Numbered from the stretch's first letter, positions 12,577 to 25,167 are shown. The stretch is 64,000 nucleotides of DNA from Eledone cirrhosa (GCA_964016885.1 OZ024745.1:101184001-101248000); one strand, 5' to 3'. Notes: generated from the letters alone by a model not told the origin. Numbers and translations: made by a program.

Positions 12577-12763
12577 ATTGTTTCTACTTTAGGCACAAGG
12601 CCAGCAATTACCAGTGCATTACTGGTACTTTATTTTATCGACACCGTAAGGATGAAAGGCAAAGTCAACCTCGGCGGGATTTGAACTCAGATGGTAAAGG
12701 GACGTAACTATGCTGGAAAGCATGGCGTCCGACCCTCTACCGATACTGCCAATCCACCGCCCT
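12577..12763 (-). mobile_element. tRNA-derived SINE with TSD
   Basis: Full SINE in reverse; CGGAAATAGATATAAT on both sides. Confidence 0.9.
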
Positions 12764-13589
12764 TAACACCGGAAATAGATATAATATCTTGGAATGTTAG
12801 CTACGACAGACTGTCTTCCTGTCAGGTCAGCAGGGGGGCCTTTATCATCCTTTTAAAGCTATTATACTGAAGCTAAACACGCGCAGTTAAAGGAACCTTG
12901 TGTTTAGTTGGTATTCACATTTTTTGTAGATCTTAGGACATAAATCCAACAATTAAAATCACATAGATGCTGATGTTTAACTGAGATTTAGTGAATGTAT
13001 TTGTCATATTTACTTAAAACATTCTGAAGGTGTTTGTAGTTATGTATAAATGTTTCTGAAAGAATCTATAAATACCCAAGAAAATTGTTGTAGAAATACA
13101 TATACAGAGGTGTCGATGACAACGGAAGATGTAGTTTAGATTTCGAAGGAAAATAATCGATGTGACATTCGGGCATCACACGTGCCTATAATAAAGCAAT
13201 GGTGTTTCTGCTAAGATGTTAGCGTGTATATCGGAGAATTTGTAGCAAATTTAATGAAGCTTCGTAGGGAAATAATATGTTCCCCAGGGCCGGTTATATG
13301 CAGGTGGTCTTAAAATCGGAAGTACTTCCTTAATAATATGAAAGTATAGCCTCATTGAATTACATTTCATGGTTTATGGCTACACCTCGAACACACCTTA
13401 TAAAATCATGCCGCATTAGTGAAGTGTAAATAGTAATATTGCAACTGTCAACTAGGCGCGTTACAGTGTTTAGTTTCAACCTCTCTGTTTCAAGTTCAAA
13501 TCCTATCAACGTAGATTTTATTTCTCTTTTTCAACTCCGAGTTGGTTAAACTAAATACTATTAATATGCTGAGACGGTCAAATCGGCGA

Positions 13590-13630
<41 letters not shown>

Positions 13631-13934
13631 TCGGCTCCGTCACATTCTATTGAGGAGAAATGGAGGGCAGCCACAGCATCAGATTTCTATGTCACTTTGT
13701 CCCCACCAGCTTTATGTGTTTCACTCTTCGATTCAAAAATAATTAGTCAGGCAACCATCAATACAGGGTGGTGGAAGCATTTCTGATTGGGGGGGGGGGG
13801 GGGGGGGGGCAAATTTGGACAATTTAGTTGTAGTGATTAGTTTATCTCTTTGCACTCTAAAATGGTAAGAAAACTTCGATATGCTATAAACATAACATGT
13901 ACATAAATTGTAGCGCATATCCAAAGAGATGTCA

Positions 13935-14052
13935 TTACTTTAAAAATGATAGCGCAAGGTCTTCAAAATGTTTTTAATTAAACATACGGTATATTGCCAA
14001 ATATACTATGCATACATTCATGTATACACGCTATTTCAGAGCACCAATCCTA
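13935..14052 (+). mobile_element. Mini-PLE tail fragment of the 63269-63792 family
   Basis: CTTTAAAAATGATAGCGCAAGGTCTTCAAAATG...TTTCAGAGCACCAATCCT shared with 63269-63790; ends in (TA)n. Confidence 0.8.
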
Positions 14053-14170
14053 ATATATATATATACACAGTTATATATATATATATATATATATATACAG
14101 TTATATATATATATATATATATATACAGTTATATATACAGATATGTGCATATATGTATGTATGTATATTT

Positions 14171-14222
<52 letters not shown>

Positions 14223-14344
14223 ATGTATTTCCTTTTCTCACTAGTCAGTTCTTTCGTTGCTACAGATCACGCGGTTAAATTACCGGTCGCTATTTTCAAT
14301 TTGCAAAGCCCTTTAAACTGTATGTTATTACTCTGAAGTTTGGG

Positions 14345-14529
14345 TGTGGATTGGCAGTATCGGTAGAGAGTCGGACGCCATGCTTTCCAGCATAGTTACG
14401 TCCTCCCTTTACAGTCTGAGTTCAAATCCCGCCGAGGTTAACTTTGCCTTTCATCCTTACGGGGTCGATAAAATAAAGTACCAGTAATGTACTGGGTAAT
14501 TGATGGCCTTGTGCCAAAAGTAGAAACAG
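14345..14529 (+). mobile_element. tRNA-derived SINE with TSD
   Basis: Full SINE; TTATTACTCTGAAGTTT duplicated on both flanks. Confidence 0.9.
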
Positions 14530-14599
14530 TTATTACTCTGAAGTTTATTCCTTGTCGAGTGCTTGGCTCCACTACTGAAGGCATTCGAATATGATGTAC

Positions 14600-14637
<38 letters not shown>

Positions 14638-14643
<6 letters not shown>

Positions 14644-14864
14644 AGATTCAGGACCCCGACGGCGAGCTCCGACCATTTCGACAGCTAGATCCGAACTGCA
14701 TCTAAAGGAAGACCGTACACCTGAGTTCGGATCTAGCTGTCGAAATGGCCGGAGCTCAGTCGTCGGGGTCCTGAATCTTTTCATATTACCCACTCTACTA
14801 CCCTAAGTATCGAGTACTCTGGTGCGTTATGGTCCACCTGGTTTCTTACCATACCCTCTTTGTT
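14638..14864 (+). mobile_element. Palindromic PLE end-remnant (family B) with 3' half of a hammerhead
   Basis: Inverted arms 14638-14697 and about 14725-14785; GAAA-TGGC..GTCGT-C-GGGGTC; tail nearly identical to 26322-26400; in (TA)n. Confidence 0.75.
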
Positions 14865-14904
14865 ATATATATATAATAAATGTAATCTGAGTTTTTCGAA
14901 TATT

Positions 14905-15092
14905 AATAATTGTTTCTACTTTAGGCACAAGGCCAGCAATTACCCAGTGCATTACTGGTACTTTATTTTATCGACCCCGTAAGGATGAAAGGCAAAGTCA
15001 ACCTCGGCGGGATTTGAACTCAGATCGTAAAGGGACATAACTATGCTGGAAAGCATGGCGTCCGACCCTCTACCGATACTGCCAACCCACCA
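14905..15092 (-). mobile_element. tRNA-derived SINE
   Basis: Reverse complement of the family consensus. Confidence 0.9.
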
Positions 15093-15410
15093 TAATATTC
15101 GATTCGTTTGTAATTATGCAAACAGCCTCTTTTTTAAAGCCATATCAGTAGAATGAACACCTCATTCTTGCTCTTGTGTTGGCATGTAAACAGAACTGCA
15201 GACATTAATATTTCTGGGTATTACCCTTCATCAGTGCAGTCACTGTTCATCTGCCAACTGTCAGAGCTAGTGAAAATATATTTTCTAAAATATACAGTGA
15301 CTGATCGGCCTTAAAAAAGAGGTTGTTTGCATAATTGCAAAAGAATTGAAAATTATTATTTATTGTATTCAACCATGTAGAGCGATATTTTATATATATA
15401 TATATATATA

Positions 15411-15846
15411 CTTCCTCAGTCAAAAACTGCTGGAATTTCAAATTTGGCGGTCATTCGAGGTGAGAGAGAGCTACTTTACGGACATGATTTTTGACAGCGG
15501 TAAGAAATTTGTTTTCTTATATCAATGTTTAATGGGCTTCCACTGACGATTTATAAGTGCCCACCTAAATATATTCTAACATGAATATATATTAGGCTTC
15601 TACATAAACTGGAAACATTCTCCCAAACTTGTAGAAAACTTATAATGAAACAATTGTTTGGAAAGAGAGATATACTTTAACTTTAATTATATCTCATAAA
15701 ATAATACAACTGGTTTTTCCACATTATACATTTTGTTAGCCCCCCCAAACACTTAAATTGGGTTTATATTAAAATATAACCTAATGTTTGTTGAGTGAGA
15801 TGGTTACCAGTCAGAGTTTAGCTTTAAACTATCTCTGTTATTGTAT

Positions 15847-15850
<4 letters not shown>
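15411..15850 (+). mobile_element. Non-coding PLE remnant (family C) between (TA)n tracts
   Basis: Homologous to 44897-45322 along its length; carries a hammerhead. Confidence 0.8.
15533..15663 (+). ncRNA. Type I hammerhead with large multibranched stem II and probable pseudoknot
   Basis: TTCCA-CTGACGA-T-TTATAAG...CTTATAA-T-GAAA-CAATTG-T-T-TGGAA; upstream TGGGC is complementary to GCCCA inside stem II. Confidence 0.7.
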
Positions 15851-15924
<74 letters not shown>

Positions 15925-16167
15925 TCGTGCACGTATTTCCTTTTGAGGTTGGTTTCTCATCCTAATTTATCCTTTTAATTATAATGTTTTTCCTACACCT
16001 CTCTTAGCTTATATTCTCTTCACGCTGGTGGTTTAAAATGCTATAAATGAAAACACACACTCCTGTGTTTTTCCTCTCTATATTGTATTTTGAAGTGTCC
16101 AGGAAAACTCTTTCCTTTGAGCTCATTGAATCACAGGATTATACGCGAGTCCTTTACTCCGTTATTT

Positions 16168-16227
<60 letters not shown>

Positions 16228-16231
<4 letters not shown>

Positions 16232-16429
16232 AATATAGATGAGATTCTACAGGACTAGAACTGTTTCATTCTTTAGAAATCATCAGGAATCTCATGAGAT
16301 TCCTGATGATTTCTAAAGAATGAAACAGTTCTAGTCCTGTAGAATCTCATCTATATTAAAACTGTTATACTCTGCAATGTATTGAGTACCTTACTTACTG
16401 TGGTTACCTCCGATTCAACCCGGAATAAC

Positions 16430-16430
<1 letters not shown>
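16228..16430 (+). mobile_element. Perfect 134-bp palindrome (16228-16361) plus tail: PLE family A end-remnant
   Basis: Centre CTCA|TGAG at 16294/16295; flanked by (TA)n on both sides. Confidence 0.85.
16296..16348 (+). ncRNA. Type I hammerhead ribozyme
   Basis: GAGATTC-CTGATGA-T-TTC-TAAA-GAA-T-GAAA-CAG..CTG-T-A-GAATCTC; 7-bp stem I, GUA triplet. Confidence 0.8.
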
Positions 16431-16489
<59 letters not shown>

Positions 16490-16623
16490 ATATCTATATA
16501 TCTATCTATATATATAGTTAAATCTTAGATAGGAATGCATGTCTATGCGTGTGCAGGTCCGCACACAGTCTACTGTGATGCAAAATACACAACACTCAGT
16601 TCTGAAGGTGTTACTTCATACCA

Positions 16624-16806
16624 TTTGGCAGTATCGGTAGAGAGCCGAACGCCATGCTTTGACGCATAGAGTTACGGCCCTTTCCATTCTGAGTTCAAAT
16701 CCTGCCGAGGTTAACTTTGCCTTTCATCTTTACAGGGTCGATAAAATATAGCACCAGTAATGCACTGGGATAATTGCTGGCCTTGTGCCAAAAGTAGAAA
16801 CAATTA
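16624..16806 (+). mobile_element. tRNA-derived SINE
   Basis: Family consensus with several substitutions. Confidence 0.88.
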
Positions 16807-18120
16807 TTTGTGATGGCTAAAACAAACTCAAGAAAACACGTAACAGTGATAGTAAAACAAACTATTTCTTATATTGTGCTTTTCTTTTGTTGTTTTTGAT
16901 TTCACACACAATATACATACATATATATATATATGTGTGTGCGAGTGTGTGTGTGTACCTGTAGGTGCAAATATATGCATCTGTATGAATGTAGGCGTGT
17001 GAGTTTAAAGATAGTCGCAAGGAAGAAGAAAATAATCCGATTGTAAGTTTAAACATCAAGAGTAAACAAATACGACGAAACTCAAGTTCAAAAATAGAAA
17101 TAAAAACAATAAAAATAATTTTAAAAATAGCAAACAAACAAGAAATGGGAAAAAAAAGGCAAAATTCAAAATAAACAAAATGAAAGCGAGGCGAGCATGC
17201 GAGCACATCAATGACCAACAGAATAAATCTGATGGGTTTCCTGGAATAGTGTGTGAAGCGAAGCGCAGTAAACAAATATGAGTTACATCCGCTGTCAATG
17301 GTGCCATTTCAACAAAGACTTAGAAAGTACATTTATCGCATCAGCTACCGTGTCAAAAACAAAGGACTAGCCTCTCTCAATAGGCAGAAAGTTGCTCCCA
17401 CAGGAATTCTCAGACGCATGAGATAGGTTCATTTTCCTCTAGTGTCTGACACTCATCTTCTGCATTCATTCATTTTCCTTATCACCATCTATTTCTTTTC
17501 ACACTCTCCCCTCACTGTCATTAGTTTCTTTTTTTTTTCATTTTTTTTTTTTTTTTTTTTCACTCGTTCTTCCTCTACCAGTCTTTCACAGTTCCTCACT
17601 ACTGTGAAATATCTATATACTCTTCTCTTTTTCTCCTCCTCCTCTCTTAATCTGTCGCTCATAAAACAAATTCTCCCTCGCCCCACACGCGCTCACACAC
17701 TCAAACACATATATACATGAGCGCGGACACACTCGCGCGCACCCTTATACAAAACCTACTTTTACACATCACATGCACCCTTTAACAGACGTATATGATA
17801 TTTCCCGTCTCTTTCCCTCACACATAAATCGCTGTGTACTCCCCTTCCCTCCCCTATTTCACTGTTTCTCCAATACACACGCATATACACACTCTTTCTC
17901 TATCTATCTCTTCCCATCTTTCTGTTAGACACACACACGTGAACGATCATATAGTCAGACTACTTGTGATCGTCTGCAAACTCTTCTGTGTTTACAAATA
18001 AGTTCACGACAACGTGTTTTTGTTGTTGTTGTTGTTGTTTTTCTGTTTTTGTTTTTGAGAAAATAAACCAAATAAATACTTGACGATGGGACCTGTTCGA
18101 AACGTTAGCGACCCCGACAA

Positions 18121-18310
18121 ATAATTGTTTCTACTTTGGGCACAAGGCCAGCAATTATCTCAGTGTATTACTGGTACTTCATTTTATCGACCCCATAAGG
18201 ATGAAAGGCAAAGTTAACCTTGGCGGGATTTGAACTCAGACCGTAAAGCGCCGTAACTCTTTGCTGCAAAGCATGGCGTCCGACCCTCTACTGATACTGC
18301 CAATACACCG
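18121..18310 (-). mobile_element. tRNA-derived SINE
   Basis: Reverse complement of the family consensus. Confidence 0.88.
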
Positions 18311-18974
18311 ACAAATAATGGCATGATATAATACCACTGCACTCTTAATTTCCAATCAAACCCTTGTCGCTCCAGATTATCATAAACTTGTTTACGAGGG
18401 AAATTCTTTGCGGCCGCTTGCGTATCAGAAATATCAGCCAAATTCCATAAAAATGCACACTAACATCTTAAAAAAAGAAAGTATGCATTGCACAATGTAG
18501 CGGCTGGAATGGCTGATCTGAAGCTAACAGCAACAACCAGGGGCTTCGTTTACCTTAAAAATGTGAAGGGGACAAACCAACATTTCTTGATTCTTAAGGG
18601 ATCTAAAATTGCTTATGATGCCTTTCCCGGACCCTATAACATAAGTAAAATTTTACGCTAATTAAATTTTATATACTCAAATGAAGTTCAGATATAAAAA
18701 AAAAAGCTGGGGTGGGGTGGGGTAGTTCCCTGGTACCCCGCTGAAACAAGGCCCTTGGCAACAACTAATTCTAGTGACTATTGATAGGAAATATAAAAAG
18801 AATCGCTAACTGAGCTGAACTGGTAATTTATTTATCGACCACGAAACGATAAAAGTTAATTTGAGCACAGAGTACAGAGAACCTAAACTAATATCACAAA
18901 TCCTCCCGTTTGATGCTCTAACGATGCTGTTAATTCGTCACATTATTCTCATTACTATTAATTCTCTTTTTTCT

Positions 18975-19520
18975 CCTTCCGGCGTTTGTATACCATTTTT
19001 ACCGATCTTCAGCAACTCTCATTGCCTTGCTCTATATAAGACACATTTCTTTCAGCTCACCTTCATTTGTTTTACGCTCGGTGTACTTGGGCTTTTAGCT
19101 TTCAAAATGGTCTCCACCTTAATACTCCTTTTGGTATCTTGCCCCTGTCTATTTCGGGTGCGTGGCCTAACCACTTGAATTGGCGGTGCATTTCAAGAAC
19201 CATAAAACTGCAATACTTTTTTCGGTACAGTTCCTCATTTGGCACTTTATTGGCTCTGAAGGAGCAGCAGATTTTCCCTAACATCCGTTGTAGAAAGTAT
19301 CTATCTTATTCATATCCTTTTTTACCACTCGCCAGCATTTTAGATAGATTTGACATTCCTGTTATAGTCTAATCTTAATCCTAAAACTGTAATTGCCTAG
19401 ACTTTCCAATTAGTTGAAGCTTTGCAAATGACCTGCGAGCATTAGTAAACCTTGCTTGGATATCTATTTTTTTCGCCTAGTTGACCTTGTTCATAAGTAT
19501 GTAAACCCCTCCACACAATC
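18975..19520 (-). mobile_element. Degenerate RTE-like LINE 3' fragment
   Basis: Minus-frame VPNEELY...WLGHAPEIDRGKIPKGVLRWRP. Confidence 0.6.
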
Positions 19521-19569
19521 TAGTAGCCCATTATTGGTAGTGATACCTTACTTGTATTTTGATAGTATT

Positions 19570-19770
19570 AATAATTGTTTCTACTTTAGGCACAAGGCCA
19601 GCAATTTGAAGGGGAGAGGAAAGCCGATTAAATCGAGCCAGTATATTACTGGTGTTTATTAAAGCAAAGCTAACCTCGGCGGGATTTGAACTCTGAACTT
19701 AATGGGCCATAACTCTATGCCACTAAGCATTGTGTCCGACGCTCTACCGATACTGCCAATCTACCACCCT
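19570..19770 (-). mobile_element. tRNA-derived SINE (long-tail variant)
   Basis: Same head and tail as the family with an extra CCCCTTC segment. Confidence 0.8.
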
Positions 19771-20014
19771 CTTTGATAGTATTGATAATAAAACATGTCG
19801 GTTTTACATAATTGTTCAGCATATCGGTTTTCTTTTGTAGATGAACTATCTTTAAGGAGGGAGCTGCTTTGTCATCCACGACAGAATACTTGATTTGTGT
19901 GATATGCAACTAAATTACTTTTACTGATGTACCTAACGGTGAGTGGTGTGGCAGAGCGAGTCCCTGGTAGATCTGGTTCTACGGAACTCTTATTAGAGGG
20001 CATATGCATTAAAG

Positions 20015-20221
20015 TAGGCATGTCAAACATGCAGCCCGCAGGCCACTTGTGGCCCTTTACAAGCACACCTGCGGCCCGCACAAAGGTTTTTAAAACGTGA
20101 ACGTAATACAAAATAAAAAAATATTAGTTGTAATGTGCGCAATTAGTTGTCATGTGTGACCCTCAAACAACACATGTGTGACCCATGTGGCCCTCGGGAG
20201 ACCCTCAGATTGACACGCCTG
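20015..20221. mobile_element. hAT-type MITE with 8-bp TSD
   Basis: TIRs TAGGCATGTCAAAC / GATTGACACGCCTG; flanks CATTAAAG (20007-20014) and CATTAGAG (20222-20229). Confidence 0.8.
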
Positions 20222-20379
20222 CATTAGAGATAACCGTCTCTATCACCTTTCAGATGCAGGAATTGAAAACGATAGATCGCAGGGCTAAATGTCGGATTGG
20301 TTCATTTTTTAGGGAATGAAATATATTGCAGATTGGGATAGATCACTGTAACATAGTCCAAAAGATTAGCGCAGATATT

Positions 20380-20828
20380 AACACTGTTCTGACACACTCT
20401 TGTACGGAAGTGAAACATGGCACCTTAAGACCAGCCAAGAGAAGAAGTTGGACGCATTCGATTCCAGGTGTCTGCGAAAGATCCTGGGGATTAAATAGAG
20501 TGACCATGTAACAAACCAGGAAGTCAGGAACCACACCAACCAGCAGCTAGTCTCTTCTGCCATCTGCAAGCGACGCCTGGGCTGGTTTGGGCACGCTTTG
20601 AGACTTCCCCCGGAGAGACTGGCGAACCAAGTACTTAAATGGAACCCACAGGGAAGCAGACGGAGAGGGCGAGCCAAAATGAACTGACGCCAGACAGTTG
20701 AGAGGGACCTGCGAGCGACAAACAGACAATGGCGGGACGCTGTGCAACTGGCTGCTGACCGAACGCGGTGGAACACTATGATTGCCTCATGCGTCGCAAG
20801 ACGCGGGAGCTTCTGAGTCTGAGTCTGA
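20380..20828 (+). mobile_element. RTE-clade LINE 3' fragment
   Basis: Highly similar to the reverse complement of about 55355-55800; (CTGAGT)n tail. Confidence 0.9.
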
Positions 20829-20829
20829 C

Positions 20830-21130
20830 ACACGAAAACATCCCTCATCATTTACTAGCATTTCGTCAATTCACGACTCCCTCATTCTCTCTCAAATAAC
20901 TACTTAGTCCGATAACTGAACACACGAAGTCACGTTTTTTCCCTTCCATAGAGTCGACCATTATTTTTTCTTGGTTTCCTTCTTCCTTCACCGTTCTTTC
21001 ACTTCCTCCATCATTCTCTATTTCATATATCAAATTCTATTCTCTCAGGCGCCTTAATACTGTGTCAAATTCATGTAAACAACATTAACTAGTCTGATAT
21101 TATTTGGACGAATTTCTGACCATATCTGAA
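20830..21130 (+). repeat. About 300-bp direct duplication, copy 1 (copy 2 at about 23050-23350)
   Basis: ACACGAAAACATCCCTCATC...TCTGACCATATCTGAA near-identical at both sites. Confidence 0.9.
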
Positions 21131-21312
21131 ACAGTCACATATATCAACAAGTGGGAGTTCGGCTCTTCCACGTTCGGACCATATTCTTGTGGTTGTGTTC
21201 ATTACCCTAGTGCATTACGGGTGCTTTATTTTGTTTACTGCATACATACATCCACCGCTTCAATCTTTGTATTATGTCTACAACTATATATATATATATA
21301 TGTATATATATA

Positions 21313-22302
21313 TGTAGTGACCTACATTCCGAGGGCTCATGGATACATTCTCCGTACGTTGTTTGACTCAGTTCAGCCAATCGCTAACAGCGTAGGAAAA
21401 TGTATCTCGACTTCCGCCCATAGGGAAAAATTCCCCGCGACGATTCGAAACTCTCTCTCTTGCAGCTCGACACCGCGAAGGTGAACATCTCTTGCTTTCG
21501 TTCCTTCAAGCATAGACAATATGTAGCAACAAATATCACTACGGGACTGGCTAACGCGCTCAGCCAGTTGACCATACATCTTTAAACCTTTATAACCTTT
21601 TTATTGATAACATTAACTATCCTCTCAAGAGACATTCTTCTAACCTTTGTAATCTGTAAATAAATTATGTATAAACAATTATAAAGTCGTAAGATGCTAT
21701 TTTCCACAACATTGCTTTTAACATCTTCAATGGTGACTTCCGTGATACAATACACAAATTCTCAACACAAACATCTATTAAATAACTTCTTCTAAATTGG
21801 TGACCCCGACTCGATTCCAATTTAGAAGAAGTTATTTAGTAGATGTTTGTGTTGAGAATTTGTGTATTGTATCACGGAAGTCACCATTGAAGATGTTAAA
21901 AGCAATGTTGTGGAAAATAGCATCTTACGACTTTATAATTGTTTATATATAATTTATTTACAGATTACAAAGGTTAGAAGAATGTCTCTTGAGAGGATAG
22001 TTAATGTTATCAATAAAAAGGTTATAAAGGTTTAAAGAGGTACGGTCAACTGGCTGATGCGTTAGCCAGTCCCGTAGTGATATTTGTTGCTACATATTGT
22101 CGATACTTGAAGGAACGAAAGCAAGAGATGTTCACCTTCACGGTGTCGAGCTGCAAGAGAGAGAGAGAGTTTCGAATCGTCGCGGGAATTTTCCCTCTGG
22201 GCGGAAGTCGAGATACATTTTCCTACGCTGGTAGCGATTGGCTGAACTGAGCCAAACAACGCACGGAGAATGTATCCATGAGTCCTCGGAATGTAGGTCA
22301 TT

Positions 22303-22305
<3 letters not shown>
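21313..22305. mobile_element. Fold-back pair of LTR-like sequences with a tRNA-Trp-like primer-binding site at the apex
   Basis: Arms 21313-21800 and 21817-22305; TG...CA unit 21313-21729 with AATAAA; TGGTGACCCCGAC at 21798-21810. Confidence 0.7.
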
Positions 22306-22384
<79 letters not shown>

Positions 22385-23049
22385 AACTGTCGTCTGCCAA
22401 GACAACACGGATACTTTTAACGAAATTTCACGAAGTTTAAGTATAACCGCTTTATCATTATGTACATGTATTTCATAAGAACTGAAGCATTACCACACAA
22501 AAGCGAATGATTCTTTGGTTGTAAAATTCTAACTGCAAACATGTTTTTAATTTTCTGGTTTACAATTCAAAGAATAAATATTGAATCGTTACATTAAACG
22601 GGAAAGGATATACTTCCGAGATATAACATTTGAAGGCTGATATATTTTGTATGCATTCAATGTTACCATTCAGCTAACATAGTCACACGTGGTTCTTCTT
22701 CTTCTCCCTCCTTGCTACCTACCTATCTACCTACCTACCACCTACATACATACATACATACATACATACATACATACAAACTGAACGGATGTGTATATTC
22801 TCTCTGCTCTTTTGAAATCTCCCAAGTTCTCACTACACTGACAAGTCCTCCTTAGAAATGTCTTACTCACAAGACATTACCCAGTTATAAATTGAGTTGT
22901 AACATCTGCTAAGAAAACGGCTGTCCATTATATGCATACATCCGAATGTCTGCGTGTGTGAAAGCGTATGTGTACCAAATTCATTAAATTTCTTTACTTC
23001 CAGAAAGACTTGCATACATTCACAGATATACACGTGTTCTGCCACTTAT

Positions 23050-23350
23050 ACACGAAAACATCCCTCATCATTTACTAGCATTTCGTCAATTCTCGACTCC
23101 CTCATTTTCTCTCAAATAACTACTTAGTCCGATAACTGAACACACGAAGTCACGTTTTTTACCTTCCATAGAGTTGACCATTATTTTTTCTTGTTTTCCT
23201 TCTTCCTTCACCGTTCTTTCACTTCCTCCATCATTCTCTATTTCATATATCAAATTCTATTCTCTCAGGCGCCTTAATACTGTGTCAAATTCACGTAAAC
23301 AACATTAACTAGTCTGATATTATTTGGACGAATTTCTGACCATATCTGAA
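23050..23350 (+). repeat. About 300-bp direct duplication, copy 2
   Basis: Matches 20830-21130. Confidence 0.9.
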
Positions 23351-24659
23351 TAACCAGAATAATTCCTTCCAATGCAAATCCGGTTTACTGTAGGTATTAA
23401 ATCCATTCTTATTTACGCTGTAATGCTAAAATACATAAAACAGTTCTCCTTCAGACTGTAGCTAGTTATCCAATAACTTCTTGCCTCCAATCAGAGATGG
23501 GTAAACATTTTTACACATACATATGAGCATACACGCATATACGTATATACGCAACCACCTACTTACACCCACTCACATAATAGCATATTTACATATTTGT
23601 GTAAATGTTAGACAATAGTATTTATATCAAAGGTAAAAAAGAAATATTTTCTCAATGACTTCTCTCTAATTCTCGTTGATTTTATTGTTGCATTGGTTTT
23701 CTTCTATTACTACTATTGTTCTTCAATAATTCTACTTTCCTTTCCAAACTGTGACTTCATAATCTTTCACACTTCGTAAATTCTCTCATATTCTCAGTAT
23801 TTTCTTTCTTTCTTTATGTTCTTCTCTCTATTTCTATCGAATTTTCTTTATTGAATCTTACTAAGATTAATTCTAGGTCCTGCTGAAATAAAATCAGTGC
23901 TTGAGGCTGGCTGTCATCTGATTACAACCAAATTTCTCTTTATGGAAGATAATTCTTCACGAATAGTCAATTGAAAATTATCCTGTGCGTGCACACTCCC
24001 CCCACCCCACCCTGCACACATCTCCACACACACACAAACGCATATAAATATCTACAGACTTTCATACACCCACATGATTAAATTCACTGCCAATTTTCAT
24101 ACTTTATGTTTCGCTATGTAAGGAAATATTTCCTTATCGAGGATAAGGAAAGAAACAGGTTTATCGATTTTGTTGATTGTGTTAAGGATTTGACGATTTG
24201 TATATTTATGTATTTTTATCTACTTTGTTCCCGTTTTAGGTTTCTTCGTATTTTCTTACTGTAATACTGTGGCATTGTCTAAGATATTTCACATCACGAA
24301 TTCTTTTTTTTTTTTTTTAAATCACGTAATCAGGAGTGCCAAAGATCACTTATGGTCCTTTATATGGTCTCCAAAACTGGAAGAAAGAAAATATCTTGAA
24401 AACAGAAAGCTGGACCGAATGTGCTCATAACAGCGTGCACTCCACTGAAGGCATTCAAAGGCTATGTGTAGATGATAAACCTAGTGATGGATTAAATATA
24501 GAATAACGTATAATATGTGTTTACATTGAAGACATATAGATAGGCTCGGTTCTGGCTGACCCGGATTAAGCTACATACATTGCAAATTTTGACAAAAATA
24601 AAAATAATGTACCAGATAAGCGATATGATTGATTATACATATATATATATATATATATG

Positions 24660-25070
24660 TAAATATGATAATAATGGAGCTGCGGCGCTGCAAATGGGTT
24701 ACATATGAAAAAGTTTGTCCTCATCAGTGGCCTTCCAACCGTCGTAGGCATTTCGTCGCATTAAAGGCCATATACCTCAGGTTGGTGCGAGCAACGGCTA
24801 AAAAAAGTCGTTGGGACACGTAAATAAGGGGGACGCTAGGGTAAACAAACAAAATGGTTTAAGCAACAGAAAGTGATGAAGAAGAAACAAGTCCCAGATT
24901 TCTATGAATATAAATTCGGTGGAATCGTGAACGAGAGAATAAAGACCATCAAACCTGGTTGAAATGTGAGCAAGGAAGGAATTTTGCACAGGCCTAACGG
25001 GAGGAAGAAGGGGTCTGGTCTGCGAATTCGGTAAACATAAGTTCTGTGAAGTCGCAGACGAGAGAGAGAG
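24660..25070 (-). mobile_element. PLE-type end-remnant between (TA)n tracts carrying permuted hammerhead copy 2
   Basis: Homology to 1295-1432 including the CATATGTAACC tail. Confidence 0.7.
24716..24818 (-). ncRNA. Candidate non-circularly permuted hammerhead with kink-turn (copy 2)
   Basis: Minus strand TGTC-C-CAACGACT-T6-AGCCGTTG-C-TCGCA-CCAAC-CTGA-GGTAT-A-TGGCCTT-TAA-TGCGA-C-GAA-ATGCC-TAC-GAC-GGTTGG-AAGGCCA-CTGATGA-G-GACA. Confidence 0.7.

Positions 25071-25167
<97 letters not shown>

Noticed and set aside
18330-18460. Possible host exon (DISDTQAAAKNFPRKQVYDNLERQGFDW)
   Set aside because: Short, no recognisable homology, weak splice signals; cannot be supported.
21313-22305. A-to-I editing signature between the fold-back arms
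   Set aside because: Differences include A/G in both directions, C/T and transversions; consistent with ordinary divergence.
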